DNA from: a virus
Taxonomy: Duplodnaviria > Caudoviricetes
DNA: 24,222 nt
IMG/VR virus record: IMGVR_UViG_3300021599_001088
Span: 1-24,222 of that record
Direction: 5' to 3' (one strand)
Position numbers and translations under genes: made by a program. This document shows positions 17,901 through 24,222 of this stretch, one piece after another; the stretch's first letter is position 1, and the number at the start of each line of letters is the position of its first letter. The notes below the pieces were generated by a model. It saw only the letters and a program-made list of their open reading frames with translations, did not search any database and was not told where the DNA came from.

Positions 17901-18507
17901 TTAACTGACGACCAGCCCACTGAGTATTCTTACCGAAGTTCAGGAGTTGTGTAGATCCCTGCTTAAGTAACTGATTTAAGAACTGCTGTCTTTGTGCAGC
18001 ATACTGAATTCTTGTTCCAAGTTCAGTAAATTTACCATTTGCCATCGCAAGACTTTTTGGCATAATCTTAATTGCATCCATAAATCCAGCATTGGACTTA
18101 TTCATTTGGATGTATTGTGCCTGTAAAGCCTTTACTCTGTCTCGGCGAGCACGGTTTATAATTTCTCTTTCTGCTGCAAAGGCTTTTCCAAGAACACGGG
18201 TATTGGCAGTTGCTGCTGCCATTGTGTATCGATAGTACTCACGAAGAGATAATTTATTTTTTTCTAAGGCAGAAGTAAATGCAAGTGTACTTCCTGCTAC
18301 CTTAACTTGACTTGCAGAAAACTTTCCTGTAGCACCAATAGATTGTAGTAGTTGAGCGTTTAAACCTTTTTGTGCATTTGCAGCAGCCAGGTTGCCCTCA
18401 GCAAGTGATTGATGAAACCTGCTGAGGCCTGCCTGAAGTAAACGAAGTTGTGCAAGGGCGGCATCTGTATTAAAATTAATATTAATATTAGAGTTTACAT
18501 CTGCCAT
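11905..18507 (-). CDS. Tape measure protein, N-terminal part (phage minor-tail/TP901-type core, hydrophobic segments, kinase-like insert)
   Basis: 2200 aa, follows the chaperone genes. Core motifs DFLNAVENQT, GGINASEGANALKSGL and RARAIEQMFGK. Hydrophobic stretches near 16780-16856 and 13443-13638. The last ~33 codons look out of frame. Confidence 0.9.
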   Translation of the reverse strand: MADVNSNININFNTDAALAQLRLLQAGLSRFHQSLAEGNLAAANAQKGLNAQLLQSIGATGKFSASQVKVAGSTLAFTSALEKNKLSLREYYRYTMAAATANTRVLGKAFAAEREIINRARRDRVKALQAQYIQMNKSNAGFMDAIKIMPKSLAMANGKFTELGTRIQYAAQRQQFLNQLLKQGSTQLLNFGKNTQWAGRQLMVGLTMPLALFGGMAAKTFRELEAEIVKFKRVYGDAFTNDSETDAAVNNIRRLASEYTKYGVSVTKTVEMAATAAAAGFTGAALNAQVETATKLSVLGQVEQQQALETTISLQSAFGLSSEELAKKIDFLNAVENQTLLSIEDLTVAIPKAAPVIKQLGGSVEDLAFFMTAMKEGGINASEGANALKSGLASLINPSDKAAKFLGNLGINIKSIVDQNSGDIKATVVGFAQALDKLDPLNRARAIEQMFGKFQFARLSTLFQNVTKDGTQASRALGLAGASIEELAILSEREMKKIEDSVGVKFQAAVEQFKQEIMPLGKIFLEALTPVVKFFGSLFEKFNGLSDQTKKVIAVIVGVVAGLGPVLLMTFGLLANGVANAIKFFALLRGGIARLNGQTNVLGAGFNYMTQEQIENAASSQSLHQTHTRLIEVFNVEKASVNALASSYNFLSTQMRAMASQNPALFAGGAPGATSAVRGLPPVRRYKDGILTVPGPKGAGDIQPAMLAPGEAVIPAKTTEKYKGLISAIFNDKVPGFMAGRIPAGPAKYSTNDLIMQRIKRSTYPGTHPEKQSGPQFVGMPKSAEQASQSRQIVEKIAQQASLGRFGTLPPSDFGTLLQPFSGRSFPVRGVGGIYRKPNGEIVVVKPTMDERTALAEVRATEIAREVHGLIAPKQSIRTMIDPTDPSGQRKFVVVESPYDPRIAAMDGKFSRSDMIKQLVASTLRGDRDLQQANLSGNVLADVGTAGVFDRASGFRDFAKTMPSMEEQAVVNLLGVKGGAKKFFAQETSSLAASMTPAQYDTAIKTEISKSIPRLKSLIKSWEGDLDPEELVVYNNMLERLEAGKRTHWDKLQPIHARAGEGIKKAIVGIDPAALSPEIREQVGRYITGSGTQQQSIIDELKLDAKNQFASRLVDLELSDPQRASVVKAAWQGGSAEIPPSMRNQGFTSPRQSTFLNHIQSMTPVTIDGVTRYIADVDMERFLSNPDVEAPRLARTKEEVLNKLLYRMGTIKKNGRFVASNKFTGKFANPSDFLTDLRVGGKESGSWKGNAKKEFRKPLRAAEKAYNTEYTDERYLKMMTDAGLSAEEARIELKAELSHRAKTGAPGRGPEKWLRGTGFFDSLIVNRYMNSEKRLSSLLQWNKDNGYSVIPKDGIDKYYEAASFMRKRQHPSTAHEASLVALAAEADLLALDNPTVPSDKKTGYSREKLIAMRSLLADKAGRGFYESATRYNFGAGNLKGLVLAKLGEYIYDRPKQVLEEITQKNSKRAGRKVKPDNGKPSDNRVVKEGQGRSVVTKSQAGRIAGGRGVVVLPARDKGDPTLDLQSTRRGPSSDGLSKAAQRRINAGLIQKANLLRKDNRLTETQIQRAIEKIRMQRTEAEITKARVHQERMALNEAKKNPPQTARQARKAEQQQKRMARQQKIGGVSGGLAMGLGMAGSAMMMSGNQTGGMTLMGASAVAGLAPMLTDPKGAIVAGLLAVAGAVYAFNAAMKKAREEGIALANSMSMTNKKLIELSQITKTVSASEAADKKRQDRLSGATEKQRKVGQTILDSEFGKSLLADVDTQAKAGMSSKEVGQNIGVQLSSAMLSGVITSEQARSLAMALGNELKDYPLSASVVGEIIRITGPNGENIEKDPIKVALDIDKKTFQTSKKMIDFAAKQDFTKSFTGKGGTFENANNALSGKKGIVQAGLANVNPYIYQDFFDPKKSGLDKTLSIVSFGLTSAFFQIRDANAQTNKIRTAGAQLMIQELQNNQQLIDSINKQYDIKLKTAKTEKEIQGIEGERKDALDALNKQNQDQLKTILASKDAIGDTAFNAAIRGAANELYKKGPLAELKNVALDQLESLSNSTFKTQMQLDFASGNLDPMTLIELLNNPNYQSSWTLLVETTLGGNTAEAAVISQLLSKAGLSTESKVIVIDLLNNQGDKYTNEEITSAVDILSKIQETYGINLDVNTNSMSKVQRISVFLMLIYRLLEPTQKDLQLMHLAWVCQHLACRK
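15370..16080 (-). other. HipA/PI3K-PI4K-like kinase domain within the TMP
   Basis: Gly loop GVGGIY, VVVK, AE..A...HGL.AP, catalytic-loop-like GDRDLQQAN and metal-binding ADVG, in kinase order. Confidence 0.7.
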
Positions 18508-18527
18508 ATTCTATGTGCCCCTTTTAT

Positions 18528-18869
18528 TTATTTGTTTAGCGAATTAAGCAATGCTCCAGCATCAGAGTTTTGGAGGCCTGATGCCACATCGATAATTTGA
18601 TATACAGTTGGAAGGTCTAGAAGATCTTCTAGCGCTTCTCTGTCTTCTGCCAATTCTGGCTTGAATTGCTTTAGTGCAATCTGTGCACAATCAATAAGAA
18701 TATCCATTGACTTATCATTATCGTCTGATGCCTCTTGTAGCAAAGCAAACTTAGCCATAAAAGGTCTAAGTAGTGATAACTTAAGTGGTCTTACTGAAAG
18801 TTCTGTACCGTCCATTAGTGTGATGGTCTTGCCGTCTGTAGTTTTTGTTGTTGAAGGCTTGTCAGCCAT
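18528..18869 (-). CDS. Tail assembly chaperone (gpG-like, short)
   Basis: 113 aa between the major tail and tape measure genes, with a strong AAGGAGG RBS. Alignable with the N-terminal half of 18922-19602. Confidence 0.75.
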   Translation of the reverse strand: MADKPSTTKTTDGKTITLMDGTELSVRPLKLSLLRPFMAKFALLQEASDDNDKSMDILIDCAQIALKQFKPELAEDREALEDLLDLPTVYQIIDVASGLQNSDAGALLNSLNK

Positions 18870-18897
18870 AGTCTTCCTCCTTATAGGTTAACAGTTA

Positions 18898-18906
18898 ATT
18901 ATACCA
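18898..18906 (-). promoter_or_regulatory. Extended -10 promoter TGGTATAAT upstream of the short chaperone and tape measure genes
   Basis: Perfect TGnTATAAT in the intergenic gap, followed by an SD and ATG. Confidence 0.7.
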
Positions 18907-18921
18907 CGCTAGGGCTAGTTT

Positions 18922-19602
18922 TTAATCTATTTTCTCGTAAGATAGGCCCATTCCAATTCCAAAACCTGCCTTTTCTGCATTAATTCCTTGCAATGCCAAA
19001 ATATCTTTAGAGTTTGCTGCTTGTCCTCCGCTAAACACTCTAGCCTTCATTTCTTCCCAAGCATCTTGCTTACCACTTGATTTATCTAAATCAACACCTT
19101 GCATTGCAGCAAGAAACTTCTTGTTAGAATAATCAAGGTCTCTCTTAACCTTAAGAGTAGCCATAATCTCTGGCATTGACATAGATGATTCTAGTTCGTC
19201 ATAATCTTGCCAGATTCCCTGCAAAAAAACCTCTGACTCTATCTCTGCTAAATCTAGTTCATCCCAGGTAGATCCACTCTCTTTTGCTTGTTCTTTTACT
19301 GGCTCTTCAGATTTTTCATTTATCTTAATTCCTGCTGAATAATCTAAAAGTTTATATATTGTAGGCATATCAATATTATCTTCTAACTGCTCTTGAGTTT
19401 TTATTTTTGGAAAATACTGTCTCATTGTTATTGTTGCACATTTACACAAAGCATCGATTGCCTCAATATCATTTGTTGCTGTTTTTACATTTTCAAACTC
19501 TTCTAAAAATAACTTTAAATATTTTATTTTTAATGGCGTTATATACAGTTCTGTTCCATCAAAGAGTTCTATAATTGAGGTTTTGTATATTTCTGTAGGC
19601 AT
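18922..19602 (-). CDS. Tail assembly chaperone (gpGT-like, G domain fused in frame to a T-like domain)
   Basis: Likely start ATG 19602 (MPTEIYK, 226 aa); the 19632 start lies inside the terminator. The C-terminal half (WQDYDELESSMSMPEIMATL) resembles gpT-like extensions. Confidence 0.7.
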   Translation of the reverse strand: MPTEIYKTSIIELFDGTELYITPLKIKYLKLFLEEFENVKTATNDIEAIDALCKCATITMRQYFPKIKTQEQLEDNIDMPTIYKLLDYSAGIKINEKSEEPVKEQAKESGSTWDELDLAEIESEVFLQGIWQDYDELESSMSMPEIMATLKVKRDLDYSNKKFLAAMQGVDLDKSSGKQDAWEEMKARVFSGGQAANSKDILALQGINAEKAGFGIGMGLSYEKID

Positions 19603-19608
19603 TATATA

Positions 19609-19617
19609 AGTATACCA
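19609..19617 (-). promoter_or_regulatory. Extended -10 promoter TGGTATACT, probably producing a leaderless mRNA
   Basis: The -10 hexamer is separated by only 6 nt from ATG 19602. There is no SD, and it directly follows a terminator. Confidence 0.6.
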
Positions 19618-19654
19618 AACAGAAAGGCCCAACCCCGAAGGATTGAGCCTCTCC
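19617..19654 (-). terminator. Rho-independent terminator after the major tail gene
   Basis: AGGCTCAATCC-TTCG-GGGTTGGGCCT stem (cUUCGg loop, G-U pairs on the minus strand) followed by TTCTGTTT. Confidence 0.85.
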
Positions 19655-19668
19655 TATATTAAGTTGTA

Positions 19669-20292
19669 TTATGCTGCTGGGATAGTGCGGTCTACGATCT
19701 TACCGTATGATGCATCATCATTTGGAAGAAGACGGAATGATACTTCGAACATTGTCGCTTCATCTCTCTTTGCAGATACTGTTACGCTTTCGATTGAAAG
19801 TGCACGGTATGCTACATAGACTCTTTCGAGTTCATCTGATGCTGCACACTCGCCAGTTCCTGGACCAACTGCAACCAAACCACGTTCGACTGGGCATTCG
19901 CCAATGTCTCCTGCTGAAAGATTAAGTGTTGGGTTTCCTGAAACTGTGCTTAGATCTGCATCCTTGCCTGCGAGAGCAAAGAGAAGATTCTCTAGTGTTG
20001 ATTCTGCGAATGTAGTATTTAGGTTTACCTGCATGCCTTGCTTGAACAACTTAGCAACGTCAAGTACCTGGTCTACTGCTACTTCGCCGAAATCTGGCTG
20101 GAACTGAATTTCCAAACCATTCATTGTGTATCCAACATTGCGGAAGTCTGCATCATCTGACAAAGTTGCCTTGTATGATGTTCCTGCTACATATGCTGGA
20201 AGTGCTGAATCTGTGAGTACGCCTGCTTCATGTGTGAAGAGGGCTGCTGCTCCAACAATAATATTGTTGCTGCTACCACGTGTATATGCCAT
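19669..20292 (-). CDS. Major tail (tube) protein
   Basis: 207 aa with NIIVGAA, VGYTMNGLEI, TFAESTLENL and FEVSFRLLP motifs of siphovirus tube proteins. GAGGTG RBS (20299-20304), own promoter and terminator. Confidence 0.85.
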   Translation of the reverse strand: MAYTRGSSNNIIVGAAALFTHEAGVLTDSALPAYVAGTSYKATLSDDADFRNVGYTMNGLEIQFQPDFGEVAVDQVLDVAKLFKQGMQVNLNTTFAESTLENLLFALAGKDADLSTVSGNPTLNLSAGDIGECPVERGLVAVGPGTGECAASDELERVYVAYRALSIESVTVSAKRDEATMFEVSFRLLPNDDASYGKIVDRTIPAA

Positions 20293-20347
20293 TTATTTCA
20301 CCTCTTTATTTTCTTATGGATTAAAGGGGCTTGTTTCCTCAAGATTA

Positions 20348-20356
20348 ATTATAACA
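20348..20356 (-). promoter_or_regulatory. Extended -10 promoter TGTTATAAT upstream of the major tail gene
   Basis: TGnTATAAT in the intergenic gap, with the same GTGnTATAATTAA context as the 18898 site. Confidence 0.7.
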
Positions 20357-20362
20357 CCCCTT

Positions 20363-20929
20363 TTAAGAAGATGAAATTGTAGTATCTTGGTGGTATTCAA
20401 AGTCTATGATTATCTTGTTCCCGCCATAGGTACGGGCTGTGCCAAAGTCAATAATGTCTCTTACCTCTTCAAGTTGATATACTCTGAATCTATGGAAGAA
20501 GAACTTGCAGTCCATACCATCGATCTGTCCCTTGGCTTTTGCCCACTTGTTAATTTCTTCGCCTGTTTCATCTTCTCTATCCATTAAGCGAAGAACCTTT
20601 TCTTGGACCTGAACCATATTCTCTATAACATTGTCCTGTGTAGCATAAAAATAATAAAGCAATTGTTCTTGCTTGATATGTGGGAATGGAGATCTACGCA
20701 TACGAACAAGTCTGTCCCAAGTTGCCATAACTCCAGCATAGGCAAGTCTTTGTGGCTCTAGAGTGCTTGATGGTGTAATAGTAATCCAACTCTCAGTTAA
20801 TTCATCAATAGTTGCTGGACGTGATGGAAAGAAGGGCACTCCTATGCCTGTATCTAAACCAATACTTTCTTTTAAGTATTCATTAATCCAGAGAACTGGA
20901 GTATTAAATGTTGATGTTGATTCTGCCAT
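20363..20929 (-). CDS. Probable tail terminator / tail completion protein
   Basis: 188 aa immediately before the major tail gene, TAATG coupling. The call is positional. Confidence 0.55.
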   Translation of the reverse strand: MAESTSTFNTPVLWINEYLKESIGLDTGIGVPFFPSRPATIDELTESWITITPSSTLEPQRLAYAGVMATWDRLVRMRRSPFPHIKQEQLLYYFYATQDNVIENMVQVQEKVLRLMDREDETGEEINKWAKAKGQIDGMDCKFFFHRFRVYQLEEVRDIIDFGTARTYGGNKIIIDFEYHQDTTISSS

Positions 20930-21603
20930 TATGCAATCCTCCCTGCATTAGCAACCCATTGGTATCCAGTCTTTATTCCTAAAGATCTTCCGCCTCTTTT
21001 TGCTGCTGATATGTTTTTCTTATAAACCTTTGGAGAGTTAAAATACTGTAAAAGTCCGCTTGAGTTTAAGAATGATTGTCTAAAGTAAACTCCAAAGAAG
21101 TTGCTAATCACTTTATCAAACTGACCCTGTGTTTGTCCACCAGGATTGTCTACACGAACCTCTTGTGAAGTATAAACTTCTTGTCCATCTATTTCAAATC
21201 TAAGAACGCTTGCTCTTTTTGGTTTAATAGTAACCCCGACTCCTTGCTCCATAATAGTTGCTTTATTATAAAACGGTACATTAGATCCTTGCTTAATAGA
21301 AGAAGACTGTTTCAAAGATGATGTAAAGGTTATTCCTGCGCTGCTTATGGTGTAGTCAATATCAAATAATCTTGCTGATGGACTTCCAACCTTTTCCCAT
21401 TCATAAACGTGGTGAAGTAGTTCTGGAGACATTTTAGCATTTGCATCAATGAACTGTGAAGCCATCTCAGATATTTTTGGTGCAAGAGACATATACAGTT
21501 CTGCCTTGCCTTTTTGTACGCCCTCTAAAAATCCAGTTGAATAATTTACAATATTGTTTATTTCTTTTTGAAACTGTCTGCTATCCATAACAACTTTAAG
21601 CAT
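20929..21603 (-). CDS. Neck / tail completion protein (HK97 gp10-like position)
   Basis: 224 aa with KATIMEQG..TIKPKRASVLRF..V.NPG, a pattern seen in gp10-like neck proteins. TAATG coupling. Confidence 0.55.
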   Translation of the reverse strand: MLKVVMDSRQFQKEINNIVNYSTGFLEGVQKGKAELYMSLAPKISEMASQFIDANAKMSPELLHHVYEWEKVGSPSARLFDIDYTISSAGITFTSSLKQSSSIKQGSNVPFYNKATIMEQGVGVTIKPKRASVLRFEIDGQEVYTSQEVRVDNPGGQTQGQFDKVISNFFGVYFRQSFLNSSGLLQYFNSPKVYKKNISAAKRGGRSLGIKTGYQWVANAGRIA

Positions 21604-22049
21604 TATAAGTCTCCTGACTGATTCTCAGATCTACGAACTACAAGGTTGTAATATTCTATTCCACCAAATGGGCCTACGTATGGTTCTTGTGTAGCAATTT
21701 CAAATATGGTAGATTTGCCTGCACGTGGACCAGAGGTTTCTGTGTATATAGGGTTACAGTTTTTATCTCTAACATTTGTCAAGATAACGTTTGTTATTGA
21801 GTGAGGAGAATCTAAACTTGAAATTCTAACATCTGTTTTTGCTCTGCCAATAAGGACCGTTTTTTGTGTAATGTTTACATTTGGCTTAACTTCTTCATTG
21901 TTAGCATTGCCTGCTGCACTAAAATTAACAGCAATAGTTTTATCTAAAATCCACGTCTTTTTAACATTGCCATAAGTTCCTTGGTCAACGATTGGATAAT
22001 AAACATCTGCTTGCATTGGGAAAATAAAATCTGGCTCTTCGCATATCAT
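21603..22049 (-). CDS. Head closure (head-to-tail stopper) protein
   Basis: 148 aa, beta-rich, QGTYGNVKKTW motif. Follows the adaptor gene with TAATG coupling. Confidence 0.6.
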   Translation of the reverse strand: MICEEPDFIFPMQADVYYPIVDQGTYGNVKKTWILDKTIAVNFSAAGNANNEEVKPNVNITQKTVLIGRAKTDVRISSLDSPHSITNVILTNVRDKNCNPIYTETSGPRAGKSTIFEIATQEPYVGPFGGIEYYNLVVRRSENQSGDL

Positions 22050-22963
22050 TAAATTATCCCTGGCTTAACGATAGTCTTAACATACTTATCAAGTATCTTA
22101 TCAACTAAAAAATTTCCTGTTCCGCTAAGCATTGCCTTGTCAAATTGAATTCTAAACTGATCCGTATTGTATGCAGTAACATATCTCTTATAGTAGTCTA
22201 GTTTTCCACATTTTAGATCTTCAATTAATAACTTTGTTGCATATTCAACATCATCAGGTACAGTTATGTATCCGTGATCTACTACAACTGTGTAGTCATA
22301 CCCTGCTGGGAATGCTATTCCATTGTATCCATAGTAACCAAGATCTCCACTCGCAACTGGAAGATTCTGTGCAGTTGACTCGTATCGATTTAAATCTCCA
22401 TCTTGTACTCTTTGAATAGCAGTTTTATCTGATGTAATGATATACTGAAATTCATACAGATCTGGATTAGATCTATCATAAACTAAAACGTTATTTTCGT
22501 AAACCTTAAATATTCTATAAACCTTTTCCCATAAAGGTAGGTAGTCTCCCCCATTGCCAGTTCCAAGTATTGTAATCTTTTTATTATAAAATCCTTCTGG
22601 CACAAATGTGTCTATCATTGATCTTGCAACTAATTCTAAAATTTTATATTCAGCAATCTCTGATGCTGTTGTTCCTAATGTGTTTGGGTCTACATATGGT
22701 CTTGTTAGTTCATAATACTCTTCGTGAATTAATTCTTCTACCTCGTCAACTGTAAATATTTCAACTCTATAGTGATTATCATATCTTCCAGGAAGTTCAA
22801 TATTAATATTATCTCCTGTTGACGATTCTAAAAATTCTAAAGTTTGTACTGAAAGGTCCGCCATATCGGTTACTCTTGCATAGATATCTGCATCGCTGTA
22901 TCCAGAAGGAACAACAAAGTTTACTATGATGTCATCGTATGGCGGAACTCTCAATATCTCCAT
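22049..22963 (-). CDS. Head-to-tail adaptor (connector) protein
   Basis: 304 aa with ARSMIDTF, GYITVPDDVEYATKLLI and VDKILDKY, typical of gp6/gp15-like adaptors. Position after the capsid gene. Confidence 0.7.
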   Translation of the reverse strand: MEILRVPPYDDIIVNFVVPSGYSDADIYARVTDMADLSVQTLEFLESSTGDNINIELPGRYDNHYRVEIFTVDEVEELIHEEYYELTRPYVDPNTLGTTASEIAEYKILELVARSMIDTFVPEGFYNKKITILGTGNGGDYLPLWEKVYRIFKVYENNVLVYDRSNPDLYEFQYIITSDKTAIQRVQDGDLNRYESTAQNLPVASGDLGYYGYNGIAFPAGYDYTVVVDHGYITVPDDVEYATKLLIEDLKCGKLDYYKRYVTAYNTDQFRIQFDKAMLSGTGNFLVDKILDKYVKTIVKPGII

Positions 22964-22966
22964 CGC

Positions 22967-23416
22967 TTACTTTCCAAATTCCTTTGCAACTTCTTCTGGT
23001 GTTGCTATACGGATGTGAGAACGAGTAAGCCATTTTTCAGCAGCATCCTTTTCAACAATGTTATAGCCACGGTAAACCTTGCCTACCTCTGACCAAGTAA
23101 CATTCTTTGTTGAATAAATTGCAACAGTTTCAGCCTTTGTTGCAGGCTTTGCAGCCTTCTTCTTTTCAGGTGATCTTGGTGCCTTTGTTGCTCCAATTAC
23201 TCCTTCTGCTACAGATCCAAGTGCCTGAACTTCTTCAGGTGCCTGGTATGATGGTGCTTCAACGACTGCCTGGGCAGCCTCTTCTACAACTGGAGCCTCA
23301 ACAACATCTTCGACATGTGGTGCCTCTACAACAGGCTCTTCTGCAACTGGTGCTTCAAAAACTGGTGCTTCATTTGTTGTTTCTTCTACAATTGGATTTT
23401 CATTAATGTTTTCCAT
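22967..23416 (-). CDS. Hypothetical protein: acidic Glu/Ala/Pro/Val-rich N-terminus plus small C-terminal domain
   Basis: 149 aa with AAGGAGG RBS (23421-23427) and its own promoter. Repeated VEAP/VVEE units. Confidence 0.75.
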   Translation of the reverse strand: MENINENPIVEETTNEAPVFEAPVAEEPVVEAPHVEDVVEAPVVEEAAQAVVEAPSYQAPEEVQALGSVAEGVIGATKAPRSPEKKKAAKPATKAETVAIYSTKNVTWSEVGKVYRGYNIVEKDAAEKWLTRSHIRIATPEEVAKEFGK

Positions 23417-23433
23417 AATTCCTCCTTGTTAGT

Positions 23434-23442
23434 ATTATATCA
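23434..23442 (-). promoter_or_regulatory. Extended -10 promoter TGATATAAT
   Basis: TGnTATAAT directly after the capsid terminator and before an SD and ATG. Confidence 0.65.
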
Positions 23443-23446
23443 TTAT

Positions 23447-23487
23447 AAGTAATAAGGGGAGCAGGAGAACTAACTCCTACTCCCCCT
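23447..23487 (-). terminator. Rho-independent terminator after the major capsid gene
   Basis: GGGGAGTAGGAG-TTAGTT-CTCCTGCTCCCC 12-bp stem followed by TTATTACTT. Confidence 0.8.
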
Positions 23488-23506
23488 AAAATGTACTGTT
23501 TACAGA

Positions 23507-24222
23507 TTATGCGTCTGCTGCAGCGTCAGCGAATGCAATTGCATCCTGCTCTTCCCACTGAATACCGAAGCGAACGAAGACTGTGTATTCTACAGTGTCC
23601 TTCTTTGGCTTGTATTCGCGGTTTACTGTGATGTCACGCTGGAATCCCCATACACGGTTCTGTGGGAATGTCAAGTCGACATATCCTGCAGGGTAGTAAG
23701 GAACTTCCTGCACGTCAATTCCAAGAACACGTGTTGTACGTGCTCCACCGAATGTCTGTGCTGTGCCATCAAGATATGCCTGACGGTTTGCAGGTGTACC
23801 TGCTGGAGTACCAGCAAATGCTTCTGCGATTGCATCAGCCAAAGTACCATTATTCTTAATGATTCCCTGGAATGCATCTGTACCAGCATAGAACTTCAAG
23901 TTAGACTTGATTGCACGGTACTTACGTGGCATTGCAAGAATGATCTTCTGCATTGCATCTGTTGTCCAGTTATCATTTGTAACTGTTACAACTGCTTCGT
24001 GAGCATCTCCGTCAGTCTTTACATGGTTTACGAAACCATTCATGATTGACAAGAAGTTGCCTGTTGCAGCATCACCGTTGATTGCAAGGTCTTCGATATC
24101 ATTACCGAAAGCATTTGTCATCAAACGGACAATGTGATCTTCTAGTGCTGCACCTTCGATGTTATCTTCTAGTGCTTCTGCAGATACTTCCCAGTCAAGA
24201 CGAATCTTCTTTGTAGTCAATT
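23507..24222 (-). CDS. Major capsid protein (5' end outside the window)
   Basis: LDWEVSAEALEDNIEG..AFGNDIEDLAINGD and GFQRDITVNREYKP are HK97-fold capsid motifs. The frame is open to the window edge and a strong terminator follows. Confidence 0.9.
   Translation of the reverse strand, partial: LTTKKIRLDWEVSAEALEDNIEGAALEDHIVRLMTNAFGNDIEDLAINGDAATGNFLSIMNGFVNHVKTDGDAHEAVVTVTNDNWTTDAMQKIILAMPRKYRAIKSNLKFYAGTDAFQGIIKNNGTLADAIAEAFAGTPAGTPANRQAYLDGTAQTFGGARTTRVLGIDVQEVPYYPAGYVDLTFPQNRVWGFQRDITVNREYKPKKDTVEYTVFVRFGIQWEEQDAIAFADAAADA

Noticed and set aside
19222-19230. GTT TTT TTG run (T_TTT_TTG) in the long chaperone gene as a frameshift site
   Set aside because: It lies inside the T-like domain rather than at the G/T boundary, no stimulator is visible, and such runs are common in AT-rich DNA.
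19603-19632. Upstream start of the 236-aa ORF
   Set aside because: It falls within the terminator hairpin and promoter, and similarity to the paralogue begins after Met 19602.

Overview
AT-rich tailed-phage (siphovirus-type) virion morphogenesis module, entirely on the minus strand. Reading from the right end: major capsid protein (5'-truncated), acidic small protein, head-tail adaptor, head closure, neck and tail terminator genes, major tail protein, two paralogous tail assembly chaperones, an 11.6-kb tape measure locus, then distal-tail, hub and baseplate genes. Extended -10 promoters and an apparently leaderless gene suggest a low-GC actinobacterial host (inference). The most unusual part is the tape measure locus (6851-18507). 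It is broken into two frames near 12.0 kb and carries non-tape-measure cargo: a HipA/PI3K-like kinase, an unknown domain, an ADP-ribosyltransferase-like domain, an OmpA-like peptidoglycan-binding domain and a metzincin-like peptidase. These domains sit as in-frame cassettes bounded by a recurring P-x-x-F-A-x-G-G linker and GTDTVPAMLTPGE motifs, one pair of linkers being a 29/32-bp direct DNA repeat. Second, the tail chaperones G and GT appear to be made from duplicated genes with separate expression signals rather than by the usual programmed frameshift. All domain calls come from motif recognition by eye; no searches were run.
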